A program made the position numbers and the translations under genes. A DNA stretch of 64,000 nucleotides from Candidatus Eiseniibacteriota bacterium (GTDB lineage: Bacteria; Eisenbacteria; RBG-16-71-46; DASYSL01). Below the pieces are notes generated by a model, which made no database searches, was not told where the DNA came from, and saw nothing but the letters and a program-made list of their open reading frames with translations. The DNA is taken from the NCBI GenBank assembly GCA_031431875.1, contig JANPEF010000008.1, forward strand, positions 2,284 through 66,283, read 5' to 3'. The stretch's first letter is position 1. Each line of letters starts with the position of its first letter. Below, in pieces: positions 8,835 through 18,113 of this stretch.

Positions 8835-9791
8835 ATGTCCCGATACGCCGAGGTCGACCTCGCCGGGGTCACGTTGCTGTCGGTCCAGGATCGCGCCACG
8901 AAGGTGGGCATCGCCGCGTTCGGGCGGGCGCCCGAGGATCCGGCCGCGGTCGCCCGTTTCGTCGACGGACTCCCCGACATCCTCGCCGGGCGCGTGCTGC
9001 GCGAGGCGATCGCCGCGATCCTCGCCTCGCACGCCGCGGGCCGCCCGGTCGTGCTGCTGGCGGGCGCGCACGTCATCAAGGTGGGGGTCCAGCCGTCGCT
9101 CGTGCCGCTGATCCGGCGCCGCGTGATCACGCACGTCGGCCTGCACGGCGCAGGCGCGATCCACGATGTCGAGGTGGCTTTGTTCGGCACGACCAGCGAG
9201 GACGTCGAGGCGAACCTGGGCACCGGCGCGTTCGGCATGGTCAAGGAGACGCCCGAGTTCTTCCACCGCGTTGCCGCCGAGGCGCGCGCCCGCGGCGAGG
9301 GACTGGGTGAGGCCCTGGGCCGTGCGCTCACCGAGGCCGGCGCACCGCACGCCGAGCACAGCCTGCTTGCCGCGGCGTGGCGCGCGGGCATCCCCGCGAC
9401 GGTGCATGTCGCGCTCGGCACCGACACGATCCATGCGCATCCGTCCGCGAACGGCGCCGACCTTGGCGAGACGACGCTGCGCGACTTCCGTATCCTGGCG
9501 CACACGCTGCTCGCGGCACGCGGCGCGACGGTGCTCAACCTGGGCTCGGCGGTGATCCTCCCCGAGGTGTTCCTCAAGGCGCTCACCGTCGCGGTCAACC
9601 TGGGCGCCACGCTCGAGGGGCTCACCACCGTGAATCTCGACCAGATCCAGCACTACCGGCCGCGGGTCAACGTGCTCGAGCGCCCGACCCGCGCCGCCGG
9701 GGGGCGGGGCCTGTCGCTGACCGGGCACCACGAGATCCTGGTGCCCCTGCTGGCCCAGGCGGTCCTCGCCGGGCTGCCGGGCTCCAGGTAG
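8835..9791 (+). CDS. conserved hypothetical protein
   Basis: 318 aa. ATG with GGAGAA RBS. Ordinary, non-biased composition (…VHVALGTDTIHAHPSANGADLGETTLRDFRILAHT…). Family not recognised. Antisense ORF 8817..9917 rejected. Confidence 0.6.
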   Translation: MSRYAEVDLAGVTLLSVQDRATKVGIAAFGRAPEDPAAVARFVDGLPDILAGRVLREAIAAILASHAAGRPVVLLAGAHVIKVGVQPSLVPLIRRRVITHVGLHGAGAIHDVEVALFGTTSEDVEANLGTGAFGMVKETPEFFHRVAAEARARGEGLGEALGRALTEAGAPHAEHSLLAAAWRAGIPATVHVALGTDTIHAHPSANGADLGETTLRDFRILAHTLLAARGATVLNLGSAVILPEVFLKALTVAVNLGATLEGLTTVNLDQIQHYRPRVNVLERPTRAAGGRGLSLTGHHEILVPLLAQAVLAGLPGSR

Positions 9792-9927
9792 GCCCCGGCC
9801 CCCGGTCCTGCGGTGCGGCGATTGGCACCGCGCTTGCAACCCTCTGGGGATGGGTCGGAAAAACCCCGGCCCAGGGGGGGAACGGGCGCTACGGGTCGTG
9901 CAAAGGGCACGAATCATGGCATTCTGC

Positions 9928-9957
9928 TTGACAATGTGCGTGCGCCGTCCGTAGTCT
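9928..9957 (+). promoter_or_regulatory. sigma70-like promoter candidate upstream of the polysaccharide export operon
   Basis: Perfect -35 TTGACA (9928-9933), 18-nt spacer, then TAGTCT (9952-9957). Lies in a 430-nt intergenic gap ~270 nt upstream of the Wza-like start. Confidence 0.3.
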
Positions 9958-10223
9958 TATGCGGTCGGGGCGTTCCCGGCACATCGTCATTCTCGGAGGA
10001 AACTCAGGCGCACCTTGCGATCGCATCCCGGTTCGGCCCTGCGCAGCACACAGATCGCCCGAACCTGAATCCCTGACAGCTGTCGGCATCCGCCCCATGC
10101 AGGCGGTTGCACGGTCGGGTCACGCAAGCGCCGCCTGGGTGGTTCTTCTCCTGTCCCTGGGTCAAGGCGCCCATCATGCGCGCTCGATCCGGGGATTTTC
10201 GTTTCTATGGGAGGAGAGTCGCC

Positions 10224-11030
10224 GTGACGTGGATGAAGGGCCCGAGTCGCCTGATCGTCGCCAGTGCGGGGCTGTTGCTGCTCGCATTGTGCGCCGGCGG
10301 CGCTGGGGCCAAGACGGTGAAGATCCCGGTCGACCAGTTGCCGCCGCCGCAGCCGACGGCGCCGGAGTCGCTCGCCTACTACGTGGACGAGTTGCCGTAT
10401 CGCATCGCCCCCGGTGACGTTCTTACGGTCGACTTTGGCGCGGTGCTCGACGGCAAGCCGATCCGCAGCGAGGGTGTGCTGGTGCGGCCCGACGGCATGA
10501 TCACGCTGAACCCGATCGGCGATGTGCGGGCGGCGGGTCGCACTCCCGGCGAGCTCGACAGCGTGCTGACCGACGAATACGTGGACGTGTTCCGCCAGCC
10601 GAACATCACGGTCACCGTGTCAAGGCTGGCCGGGAACATGGTGCACGTGCTCGGACAGGTCCGGACACCCGGTTCCTACGAGGTGCTGCCCAATGCGACC
10701 GTGCTGCAGGCGGTGGCGCGGGCGGGCGGGCCGGCGGTCAACGCCTCGATGGGCAGCGTGCTCCTGATGCGTCGCACCGGACCGGCGAGCATGGTGGTGC
10801 GCAAAGTGTCGCTCGATCGGGCGATCCACCTGGCGCAGGCAGCGCAGGACCCCTATGTGCGACGCTTCGACATCATCTACGTGCCGCGGACGACGATCGG
10901 CAACGTCAACCAGTTCGTCGACCAGTTCTTCGGCAGCATCAGCAAGGTCTCGCAGGCGTACATCTTCGGCTGGGAGGCGTTCCACGTGAATCGCGTGTTC
11001 CCCATCTACAACAACGACCCTCTTCCGTGA
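10224..11030 (+). CDS. polysaccharide export outer-membrane protein (Wza/EpsE-like; Poly_export + SLBB)
   Basis: GTG 10224 preceded by GGGAGGAGAG. Signal peptide VTWMKGPSRLIVASAGLLLLALCAGGAGA. Contains …PYRIAPGDVLTVDF… (Poly_export) and …VHVLGQVRTPGSYEV… (SLBB). The ORF-track TTG 10107 start is an upstream extension. Confidence 0.8.
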   Translation: MTWMKGPSRLIVASAGLLLLALCAGGAGAKTVKIPVDQLPPPQPTAPESLAYYVDELPYRIAPGDVLTVDFGAVLDGKPIRSEGVLVRPDGMITLNPIGDVRAAGRTPGELDSVLTDEYVDVFRQPNITVTVSRLAGNMVHVLGQVRTPGSYEVLPNATVLQAVARAGGPAVNASMGSVLLMRRTGPASMVVRKVSLDRAIHLAQAAQDPYVRRFDIIYVPRTTIGNVNQFVDQFFGSISKVSQAYIFGWEAFHVNRVFPIYNNDPLP

Positions 11031-11043
11031 CCGGGACCTCGCC

Positions 11044-12414
11044 ATGAACGAAACGACGACCCTGAAGCACGGCCCCGGCGGCGCCCGCGATTTCCTGGCG
11101 GTGCTGTTCCGCCGTCGTTGGATCATCGGCTCCGTCTTCGCCGTGACCACGATGACCGTGCTGGCGATCAACCTGACCCAGCCGCTCTTCTACGAATCAA
11201 CGGGCAAGGTCATCGTCAAGCGCGGCATGCGCGACAACCTGATCCAGGGCTATGCCCGCTCCATGACATGGGAAGAGGAGCTGGCTTCCGAGGTCGAGAC
11301 CGTGAAGTCGGGTGCGATCATCTCACTGGCCCAGACCTACTACGACGAGCAGTGCAGGGTGAAGCGCCGGCCGACGACGCGGATCGACATCGACCGCGTC
11401 GAGGCGACGGTGGTAGGCGAGTCGAACGTGATCGCCATGTCGTACCAGGATCGCAAGGCCGAAGTCGCGATGGATGTCACGGACGCGGTGATCCATGCCT
11501 ACATGGAGTACCGCAAGAACGAGTACACGCTGAAGTTCCCCAAGGAGTTCTTCGATACCGAGATCGGGCGGACGACCAAGGAACTCGACGAGTGGACCCG
11601 CCGCAAGGAGTCGTACATGGCGTCCACGGGGACGGTCAACTTGCTGGTCGAGGGGGTGTCCGACAAGGACTTCGTCCGCTCGCAGGAGTTGGACCTGACG
11701 GTCGTCGAGCAGGACCTGGCGCAGAAGCGCCAGACCCTGAACGACATCCGGAGCCTGGCCGCGTCCGACGCCTCGGCCGAGATCCCGTTCATGTCGAGCC
11801 TCAACTCGGGCAACGACGTCTCGATCCTCGAGATCAAGAAGAAGTTGAACGAGGCGCGGGTGCGCTACGGCGAGATGGCGACGATCTATGTCCCGAAGTC
11901 GCAGGAACTCGGGCAGATGAAGAACCAGGTCGACCAGCTCGAGTCGATGCTCGCGTCCGAAGTGAAGACGCGCATTCATCTCACCGAGTCCGAGGTGCGT
12001 TCGCTCGAGGCGAAGGCGGGACAGATCCGTCGTTCGATGGCCGAGGGCAAGTCGCGCCTGGCGACGTACCCGGCGCGGACGGCGCGCATGTCGGAAATTG
12101 ACACCCGCATCGCGGCGCTGCAGAAGAACTACACGGACCTCACCGACGCCTCGGCCCAGGCCAAGATCGCCAAGGCCACGTCGCCCGACTGGACCGTCGA
12201 CCTGCTCACGCCGGCTGGCCGGCCGTACGCGAAGAACACGCGCGACTACGTGCGCCTGGCGCTGGCGCCGATCTTCAGCCTGATCGTCGGCCTGGGGCTG
12301 GCGTTCTTCATCGACGGCCTCGACGCGACGCTCAAGAGCCCGCGCGAGACGGAGGAAGCCCTCGAACTGCCCGTCCTGGCGTCCCTGACCGAACACAAGG
12401 AGCGCCGCGCGTGA
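11044..12414 (+). CDS. polysaccharide co-polymerase / chain-length determinant (Wzz/GumC/PCP family)
   Basis: 456 aa. N-terminal TM (…RRWIIGSVFAVTTMTVLAINL…). Long coiled-coil periplasmic region. C-terminal TM (…LALAPIFSLIVGLGLAFFIDGL…). Confidence 0.8.
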   Translation: MNETTTLKHGPGGARDFLAVLFRRRWIIGSVFAVTTMTVLAINLTQPLFYESTGKVIVKRGMRDNLIQGYARSMTWEEELASEVETVKSGAIISLAQTYYDEQCRVKRRPTTRIDIDRVEATVVGESNVIAMSYQDRKAEVAMDVTDAVIHAYMEYRKNEYTLKFPKEFFDTEIGRTTKELDEWTRRKESYMASTGTVNLLVEGVSDKDFVRSQELDLTVVEQDLAQKRQTLNDIRSLAASDASAEIPFMSSLNSGNDVSILEIKKKLNEARVRYGEMATIYVPKSQELGQMKNQVDQLESMLASEVKTRIHLTESEVRSLEAKAGQIRRSMAEGKSRLATYPARTARMSEIDTRIAALQKNYTDLTDASAQAKIAKATSPDWTVDLLTPAGRPYAKNTRDYVRLALAPIFSLIVGLGLAFFIDGLDATLKSPRETEEALELPVLASLTEHKERRA

Positions 12415-13274
12415 GCCGGATTCGTGAGGCCCTGAGCAAGATCGAAGGCGAGGTGCGTCCGCTGGCGCCCGATCCGTACGCGCCCGCGCCGTACCAGGCG
12501 CCGGTGTACACGCCGGATCCCTACGCGGCGGCGAGCTACGACGTCGCGCCCGTGTACGCGCCGGCACCGATCCAGACGGTCGAGGAGGCGCCGCTTCCGG
12601 TCGCACCGACCGCCCCCACGAGCGATGGGCTGCCCGGCATCCCGGCTGACTTCCATCGCGAGCTGTCGGGGCTGCGCTTCACGCTCGAGACCGCGCTGCC
12701 CGATCGCGGTACGCGCGTCGTCCAGTTCGCGGCTGCCGTCGCCGGCGAGGGCACGACCACGGTTGCTGCGACGTTCGCCCGAATCCTGGCGCAGGATCCG
12801 TCGCAGAGCGTGCTGCTGGTTGATGCGAACCTGCGGCACCCGGGCGTGGGCTTGTTCTTCGGCGTGCCGGCGCGGCCCGGCCTGCGCGAGCTGGCCGGCG
12901 CGTCCTCGCTCGACCTCGAATCGTCGCTGGTTGCGGTCGAGCGCTGGAACCTGCACGTGCTGACGGCGCTGCCGGTCTCGGCCGAGCACGGCCAGTTGTT
13001 CCAGGCCGACGCGGTGCGCGACTTCTGGGCCCGGCATGGCCGGCATTATCGCTGGGTGATCATCGACGCGGCGCCGGTGCTCGATGCGCCGGAGACCGCC
13101 ACGCTCGGGACGACCGTCGACACGACGGTGGTGGTGATCCAGGCCGCGCGCACCAAGCGCGGCGTGGTGCAGCGCGCGATGGACGTGTTCGCCAAGGCGG
13201 GGGCGCCGGTGCTCGGCGCCGTGCTCAACCGCCGGCGGCACGACATCCCGGAGTTCATCTATCGCCGGCTCTGA
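12411..13274 (+). CDS. BY-kinase/MinD-like P-loop ATPase domain protein with degenerate Walker A (exopolysaccharide tyrosine-kinase-like)
   Basis: GTG overlapping the PCP stop (GTGA). Walker A' VLLVDANLRHPGVGL and Walker B-like WVIIDAAPVL are present. Walker A reads VAGEGTTTVAATFA, with Lys replaced by Thr. No C-terminal Tyr cluster. N-terminal Pro/Tyr-rich repeats. Confidence 0.7.
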   Translation: MSRIREALSKIEGEVRPLAPDPYAPAPYQAPVYTPDPYAAASYDVAPVYAPAPIQTVEEAPLPVAPTAPTSDGLPGIPADFHRELSGLRFTLETALPDRGTRVVQFAAAVAGEGTTTVAATFARILAQDPSQSVLLVDANLRHPGVGLFFGVPARPGLRELAGASSLDLESSLVAVERWNLHVLTALPVSAEHGQLFQADAVRDFWARHGRHYRWVIIDAAPVLDAPETATLGTTVDTTVVVIQAARTKRGVVQRAMDVFAKAGAPVLGAVLNRRRHDIPEFIYRRL

Positions 13275-13278
13275 GCCG

Positions 13279-14571
13279 GTGGCGGCGGGGGAGGTTGCGG
13301 GTCGTCACGCCCTGCGCGACGACGACCACCTCTTCCTCGCGTCGCTGGTCGAGGCGGCGGCGCGCGAGGCGCGCACCCGCCTCGAAGAGGAAGCCGGGCC
13401 GTCGCTCGGTGGAATCCTGGGTGGCAGTCTCGCCCGTGGCGAGGGAACGGTCTGGCGCGACGGCGTGCGGGTGCGCGCGCTGTCCGACCTCGACCTGGCG
13501 ATCGTCTTCGCCGAGCCCGCTGCAGCAGCGCGGGCGCGTGCGATCGCGCCGGCGACGGCGCGCGGGCTGGCCCGACGCCTGAGGGCGCGCGGCCTGCTCG
13601 GACCGGTGGACCTGGGCGTGTACGCGCTGGCTGACCTGCCGCGACAGGGGCCGCGCCCGGGGACGCTCGAGATGCGGCGCTCGGGGCGCGTGCTGTGGGG
13701 TCCGCCGGACCTCCCAGCGCGCTTCCCGGAACTCGCCGAGCAGGACGTGCCGCGCGACGAGGCGCTCGTGCTGCTCGAGAACCGGGGGATCGAGTTGCTC
13801 CACGCGTGGCCGGGTGATGCGCCGGCCGACGACGTGGATCGGCAACTCGTGGGGATGTACGCGGGACTGAAGGCGGTGGTCGATGCGGCGTTCGCGCTGG
13901 TCGTCGCCACCGGCCGGGTTCCCGCGACGCAGCAAGCGAGGCAGGCGGCGTTGGAGATCTTGGCCGTCGAGGGCCGGTCCGAGGCGCTCGACGCCGTCCT
14001 GCCCGACTTCATCGCGGAGGCCGCGTTCTGGGGGCGCATGAAACTCGCGCCGGATCCCGCGGCCATCGCACTTCACCTCGGCGCGCCCGATGTGCGCGAC
14101 CCGGTGGCGCTGGCGCGCCGGGCGTGGCGCGCGGGCGCGCACGCGCATCTTCTGGCCTACCGCGCACTCGGCCTCCACGCCGCTCATCGCGCGCGCCTGC
14201 GTCGCCGCCTCCGCCGTTGGTGGGAGGAGAGTCGGCGCTTCGCCGCATTCGAGCGCGCCGGTCGCGCGCCGTGGTCGCTGCGCCCGTGGCCGGCGCGCGC
14301 CCGGCTCGTCGCGGCCGGCGCGCCAGAACACCAACTCGCGGCGTGCGGTGCGGCGCTGCTGGCCGCCTGGGATGTGCCGGGTGCCGGCGGCGCCGACTGG
14401 CGGGCGGCGATGGAGCATCAATTTCCGGGCGCGCTACCGTCACGCCTCGAGTGGGATCCGTGCCGCACGGCCGTCGTGCGATTGTGGGATGCGATGCACA
14501 TGGGCGGGGTGCGCACCGCCTGGGACGATGATCGGCCGGAAGCGGCCGCAGGAACCTCGGAGGAACCATGA
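13279..14571 (+). CDS. nucleotidyltransferase-fold protein (Pol-beta-like NTase motif), function unknown
   Basis: 430 aa. Contains GGSLARGEGTVWRDGVRVRALSDLDLAIVF, which fits hG[GS]x(9-13)DhDh. Placed between translationally coupled neighbours; stop overlaps the next gene's start (ATGA). Confidence 0.5.
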   Translation: MAAGEVAGRHALRDDDHLFLASLVEAAAREARTRLEEEAGPSLGGILGGSLARGEGTVWRDGVRVRALSDLDLAIVFAEPAAAARARAIAPATARGLARRLRARGLLGPVDLGVYALADLPRQGPRPGTLEMRRSGRVLWGPPDLPARFPELAEQDVPRDEALVLLENRGIELLHAWPGDAPADDVDRQLVGMYAGLKAVVDAAFALVVATGRVPATQQARQAALEILAVEGRSEALDAVLPDFIAEAAFWGRMKLAPDPAAIALHLGAPDVRDPVALARRAWRAGAHAHLLAYRALGLHAAHRARLRRRLRRWWEESRRFAAFERAGRAPWSLRPWPARARLVAAGAPEHQLAACGAALLAAWDVPGAGGADWRAAMEHQFPGALPSRLEWDPCRTAVVRLWDAMHMGGVRTAWDDDRPEAAAGTSEEP

Positions 14572-15776
14572 CCCGCACGCCCCTCGTCGTGCTGGTGCTG
14601 GTGGATGCGCTGGGCTTCGATCGGGTCGGCACCAGCGGCTTTCTCGCCGCCGAACTGCCGCACCGACGGCCACTCGATACCATCCTCGGGTTCTCCGCCG
14701 GCGCGATTCCCGCACTTCTCTCCGGCACCTGGCCCGCCGAGAACGGCCACTGGGTGATGTTCCACCGCGATCCCGCCACCAGCCCCTTCAAGATCGGACG
14801 CCTGCTCGCCGCGCTGCCCGCGCGGGCGCGCAACTCGTGGAAGGTGCGGCAGTGGGTGAAGGCGCGCGCGAAGGGCAACGTCGGGGGCTACTTCGACCTC
14901 TACGACGTGCCATGGGCCGAACTCGCCGAACTCGACGTGTGTGAGCGGGCGAACCTGTACGCCCCCGGTGGGCTGGGCCCGATCGGGACGTGGTTCGACG
15001 ACTTCGCGGAACGCCGGCTCGGGGTTCGCGTGTGGGACTGGCGCAGCGACGACGCCACGAACGAGCGCGAGTTCGTCGCGGCCATCGAGGCGGCGGCCCA
15101 GGATCCCGCCGGGCAGCCCGACGTGCTGTTCTGGTACACGCCTTCGGTCGACGCGCTGATGCACGCGCACGGCGTCCACGCTGCGCCGGTGATCGACCGC
15201 CTGGCCCGGCTCGAGGCGGCGATCGCGCGCGCGCTCGCCGCTGTGCGCGCCCATGGGCGCGAGGTGTGGCTGTACCTTTGTTCGGATCATGGGATGGCGG
15301 ACGTCAGGTTCCACGTCGACGTGATGGCGAGAGTCGCCGCGACGGGCCTTTCGGCCCGTCGCGATTATCACGCGTTCTACGACTCGACGATGGCGCGCTT
15401 CTGGTTCGCGAGCCCGCTCGCGGAGGCGCAGGTTCAGCGGGCCCTCGCGGGCCTGCCCGGACGCTTCCTGACGCCCGCCGACGAGGAGCGCTGGGGCATC
15501 CACTTCGCCGATCGGCGCTACGGTGAGGCGATCTGGCTGGTCGACGAGGGCGGACTGATCGTGCCGTCGTACATGGGCAAGCACGGCGTCGCCGCGATGC
15601 ACGGCTACGATCCGGCGACGAGCGCGTCGCAGGCCGTGTTCCTCTCCAACCGACCGCTGCCCGCGGGGCTCGCCCACGTCGTCGATGTCCGCGCGTTCCT
15701 GGCGGGCGAACTCGACGCCCGCGCCGCGCTGGCCGCGCCCGGCGCGGAACGCAGCATGGCGGGGGCGCGGGCATGA
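14568..15776 (+). CDS. alkaline-phosphatase-superfamily nucleotide pyrophosphatase/phosphodiesterase-like enzyme
   Basis: 402 aa. Metal-ligand motifs LVDALGFD (N-terminal) and LCSDHGM (type I phosphodiesterase/NPP signature). Confidence 0.7.
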   Translation: MTRTPLVVLVLVDALGFDRVGTSGFLAAELPHRRPLDTILGFSAGAIPALLSGTWPAENGHWVMFHRDPATSPFKIGRLLAALPARARNSWKVRQWVKARAKGNVGGYFDLYDVPWAELAELDVCERANLYAPGGLGPIGTWFDDFAERRLGVRVWDWRSDDATNEREFVAAIEAAAQDPAGQPDVLFWYTPSVDALMHAHGVHAAPVIDRLARLEAAIARALAAVRAHGREVWLYLCSDHGMADVRFHVDVMARVAATGLSARRDYHAFYDSTMARFWFASPLAEAQVQRALAGLPGRFLTPADEERWGIHFADRRYGEAIWLVDEGGLIVPSYMGKHGVAAMHGYDPATSASQAVFLSNRPLPAGLAHVVDVRAFLAGELDARAALAAPGAERSMAGARA

Positions 15777-17392
15777 GCCAGATGCTCAAGAACGTGGGGC
15801 GGGGCTCGTTCTACCTCACGCTCGAGAGCCTCACCGTCGTCGTCTCGGGACTGCTCTACTCGATCGTCGTGCTGCGCTGGCTGGGGCCGGGCTGGTTCGG
15901 TATCCTCTCGCTCGCGCTGTCGATCGTGGGGCTGGCCTCGGTCGCCACCGGCAACTTCGAGATCTACCTCGAGCGCCATGCCGCCGAGTTCGAGACGCGC
16001 GGGCAGTACCTGCGCCTGCTGCGCGCGCACCTGTGGGCGCTCGCGCTCAAGGCGGTCCTCGGCTTCCTCGCCGGCTATGCGCTGCTCCAGCTCGCGCCGT
16101 GGATCGAGCGGCAGTACGGTTTCGAGAAGCTGGGGCTGCTCGTCTCGCTGCTCGTCTCGCTCGTCGTCTTCGACGGCTTCGGCGCGACCGGCCGGGCCAC
16201 GTTGTACGGGCTCCAGCAGTACACGTGGATCGCGGCACTCACGCTGCTGCAGCACGTGCTCAAGCTGGCGGCGGTCATCGTGCTGTGGCAGACCGGGCGC
16301 GGACCCACCTCGCTGGCGCTCACCATCTCGGGGCTCGCCGTGCTGCACGGGGCCCTGGCCGGCGGCATCGCGTTCGCCGTCGCATGGGGACGGGCCACCA
16401 CGGCGCGGCGCGACGGCACCGACACCTCGCCCGAGGAGACGCCGTCGGCGATCCTCGCCGACATCTTCCGCTACTGCCTGCCGCTGCTCGGTGCGCGGGC
16501 GGCCTTCATCTCCGGGCAGAACCTGTCGCGTGTCGTCCTCGGCAAGTTCTTCCCGGCCGAGGCGCTCGGCCTCTTCTCCTTCGCCTTCCAGACGGTCGAG
16601 CGCTTCGTCGGCTTGGTCTACGCGATCCCGTCGTCGCTGCTGCCGTCGCTGACGCAGCTCGTCGCCCGCGGCGAGCCCGAGCGCCTGCGCCGCCTGCTCG
16701 ACAAGAGTTTCCGCCTGATCGCCACGCTGGCCTGCGCGCTGTCGTTCGGCGTGTTCGTCTTCGCCGAGGAGATCACGCGCCTGCTCGGCGGCGAGCGCTA
16801 CCTGCCCGCGGTCGGACTGCTGCGCATCCTCGCCCTGGTGCCCTGGGTGCGGACCGCGCACCAGCCGTTGACCATGGGCTTCTACGCCCTGCGCAAGACC
16901 GGGACCGTGCTGGCGATCGCGGTGGCCAAGTTCCTGACCGAGATGGGGAGCTACTTCCTGCTCATCCCGGTGCTCGGCCTGTCGGGGGCGGCGTGGGCAA
17001 ACCTCGCCGGCGCCGTGGTCGCCTTCGCCGGCGCGCACGCCGCGATGAGCGGGCACCTCGCCGACGGCGGACGTCACCGCCGTACCGTGATGCTCAAGTC
17101 GGGGCTGCTGGTCGTGATCGGCGCGGCCGCCGCACTGGCGCTCCACTCCCTGGTCTGGGACTGGCGCCTCGTCTTCGCCGTCAAGCTCGTCGGGCTCGTG
17201 CCCGCGCTCGCGCTCGGTGTCGTGCTGCTCGACCTGGTGACGCACGACGACCTGGCCCGCGCCCAGGCCGTCGAGCTGCGCGTGCCGTGGATGTCCGCGG
17301 TGCGCGACCGCGTCGTCGGGCTGGCGCTGGCCGCCGACCGAGCCATCGGCCGCCGCCGCCCCGATGCGCTGGCCACGACCGAGGGCCACTGA
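15773..17392 (+). CDS. Wzx-like oligo/polysaccharide flippase (MOP superfamily)
   Basis: 539 aa, ~12-14 predicted TM helices. ATGA overlap with the upstream stop. Confidence 0.8.
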   Translation: MSQMLKNVGRGSFYLTLESLTVVVSGLLYSIVVLRWLGPGWFGILSLALSIVGLASVATGNFEIYLERHAAEFETRGQYLRLLRAHLWALALKAVLGFLAGYALLQLAPWIERQYGFEKLGLLVSLLVSLVVFDGFGATGRATLYGLQQYTWIAALTLLQHVLKLAAVIVLWQTGRGPTSLALTISGLAVLHGALAGGIAFAVAWGRATTARRDGTDTSPEETPSAILADIFRYCLPLLGARAAFISGQNLSRVVLGKFFPAEALGLFSFAFQTVERFVGLVYAIPSSLLPSLTQLVARGEPERLRRLLDKSFRLIATLACALSFGVFVFAEEITRLLGGERYLPAVGLLRILALVPWVRTAHQPLTMGFYALRKTGTVLAIAVAKFLTEMGSYFLLIPVLGLSGAAWANLAGAVVAFAGAHAAMSGHLADGGRHRRTVMLKSGLLVVIGAAAALALHSLVWDWRLVFAVKLVGLVPALALGVVLLDLVTHDDLARAQAVELRVPWMSAVRDRVVGLALAADRAIGRRRPDALATTEGH

Positions 17393-17393
17393 C

Positions 17394-18113
17394 ATGCGCG
17401 TGCTCGTGGTCGTTCCCGCGTTCAACGAGGAGGAGAGCCTGCCCGCGATCCTCGCCGAGATCCGCGCCACGGCGCCGGGCGTCGACGTCGTGGTCGTCGA
17501 CGACGGCTCGCACGACGGCACCCAGGTGGCGGCGCGTGCCGCCGGCGTGCCCGTGCTCGTGTTGCCGGTGAACCTGGGCGTGGGGGCGGCGCTGCAGACC
17601 GGGTTCCTCTACGCGCTCGAGGAGGGCTACGACGTCGCGGTCCAGCTCGACGCCGACGGGCAACACGATCCCGCCGACCTTCCGGCATTGTTGGCGCCGA
17701 TCGCGGCGGGGCGGGCCAACCTGTCGATCGGATCGCGTTACGTGGCGGGCGCCAGCGGTTATCATGCGCCCTTGCTGCGCCGCCTCGGCATGGTGCTGTT
17801 CTCGGCGCTGGCGACGGCCGTCACCGGACGGCCGCTCAAGGACACGACATCGGGCTACCGCGCCTACGATCGGAGTGTGATGGCGCTGTGCAAGACGGAG
17901 TTCCCGCAGGACTTTCCCGACGCGCCGCTGCTCATCCAGGTGGCGCGCGCCGGCTACATCCTCGAGGAGGTCCCGGTCGCAATGCGGCCGCGCACGCGCG
18001 GAACGTCGTTCTACACCTGGACGCGCTCGCTCTACTACCCGTACAAGACGCTGCTCGCCTCGCTGGTGCTGCTCCTGCGCCGACCGCCGCAGCGCGCCGG
18101 AGGCTCGTCGTGA
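17394..18113 (+). CDS. GT2 polyprenyl-phosphate glycosyltransferase (DPM1/GtrB-like)
   Basis: MRVLVVVPAFNEEESLPAIL…VVVDDGSHDGT…QLDADGQHDP. Classic GT-A DxD and DPM1-like motifs. Start 1 nt after the flippase stop. Confidence 0.85.
   Translation: MRVLVVVPAFNEEESLPAILAEIRATAPGVDVVVVDDGSHDGTQVAARAAGVPVLVLPVNLGVGAALQTGFLYALEEGYDVAVQLDADGQHDPADLPALLAPIAAGRANLSIGSRYVAGASGYHAPLLRRLGMVLFSALATAVTGRPLKDTTSGYRAYDRSVMALCKTEFPQDFPDAPLLIQVARAGYILEEVPVAMRPRTRGTSFYTWTRSLYYPYKTLLASLVLLLRRPPQRAGGSS

Noticed and set aside
6031-9917. ORFs 6031..8820 (+, 929 aa), 6509..9628 (-, 1039 aa) and 8817..9917 (-).
   Set aside because: All are Arg/Gly/Pro-dominated translations. They span several independently supported genes (aminotransferase, DUF3108-like protein, hypothetical protein) in other frames and have no recognisable motifs.
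9792-10223. Possible small genes or a tRNA in the 430-nt gap before the export gene (ORFs 9813..10076 and 9959..10417).
   Set aside because: No cloverleaf-compatible sequence or conserved tRNA boxes were seen. The ORF translations are low-complexity, and 9959..10417 overlaps the signal-peptide region of the Wza-like gene in another frame.
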